Shown here: positions 63,540-64,000 of the stretch, one piece after another | Layout of the letters: each line of letters begins with the position of its first letter | How positions within the stretch are numbered: the stretch's first letter is position 1 | Source: Octopus vulgaris | Lineage: Eukaryota | Direction: 5' to 3' | Assembly: GCA_951406725.2 (NCBI GenBank) | Contig: OX597815.1 | Span: 130,944,001 to 131,008,000, forward strand | DNA length: 64,000 nucleotides | Position numbers and translations under genes: made by a program | The notes under the pieces: generated by a model | The model's database searches: none | Seen by the model: the letters and a program-made list of their open reading frames with translations, nothing else | Told to the model about the DNA's origin: nothing

Positions 63540-64000
63540 GTCGTCATCGTCATCATCATCATTGTTTAGCGTCCGTTTTCCATGTTGGCATGGGTTGGAT
63601 GATTTGACTGGGGACTGGCAAGCTAGGAGGTTGCACCAGGTTTCAATCTGATCTGGCAATGTTTTTATTGCTGGATGCCCTTCTTAACGCCAACCACCCC
63701 GAGAGTGTAGTGGGTGCTTTTTACATGCCACCAGCATGGGAGCCAGTCAGGTGGCACTGGCATCAGCCATGTTCAGGTGGTGCTTTTTACATGCTACCGG
63801 CACAGGAGCCAGTTGGCGATGGGGGCTGGCATCGACCATGTTTGGATGGTGCTTTTTTATATGCCACCAGCATGGGGAGCCAATCAGGCAGTACTGGCAA
63901 TAACTCACGCACGAATGGTGCTTATTGTGTGCTACCAGCACGAGAGACAATTAGGCGGCACAGGCATCAGCCACAACTACAATTTCCATTTTTGACTGTG
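63540..64000 (-). mobile_element. (GAT)n-tailed RTE-type 3' end with 60-bp units
   Basis: Terminus and tandem units. Confidence 0.8.

Overview
Eukaryotic, AT-rich, very repeat-dense DNA with no confidently identifiable host gene. The repeat families resemble those I recall from coleoid cephalopod (Octopus) genomes; this is an inference and was not checked by search. The window is a nested mosaic of mobile elements. It holds a full-length but decayed mariner (750-2038) and many 5'-truncated copies of an RTE-type LINE with a (GAT)n tail, whose reverse transcriptase carries an in-frame C4HC3 PHD-like finger and whose 3' region spawns 42-, ~60- and ~160-bp tandem arrays. It also holds a BovB-like RTE with three C-terminal C2H2-type fingers (28336-31441), a young CR1 with an uninterrupted 506-aa RT ORF (36778-38457), R4/Dong-like 3' ends, several tRNA-derived SINE families, TTAA/TA/8-bp-TSD MITEs, a Helitron-like element, long foldback palindromes and microsatellites. 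The most interesting signals are the PHD-in-RT architecture, Penelope/retrozyme-like partial tandem repeats with degenerate minimal hammerhead ribozyme motifs, and Tc1/mariner derivatives built from two inverted right ends. Almost all ORFs in the supplied track are repeat or microsatellite artefacts. Coordinates of degenerate repeats are approximate.
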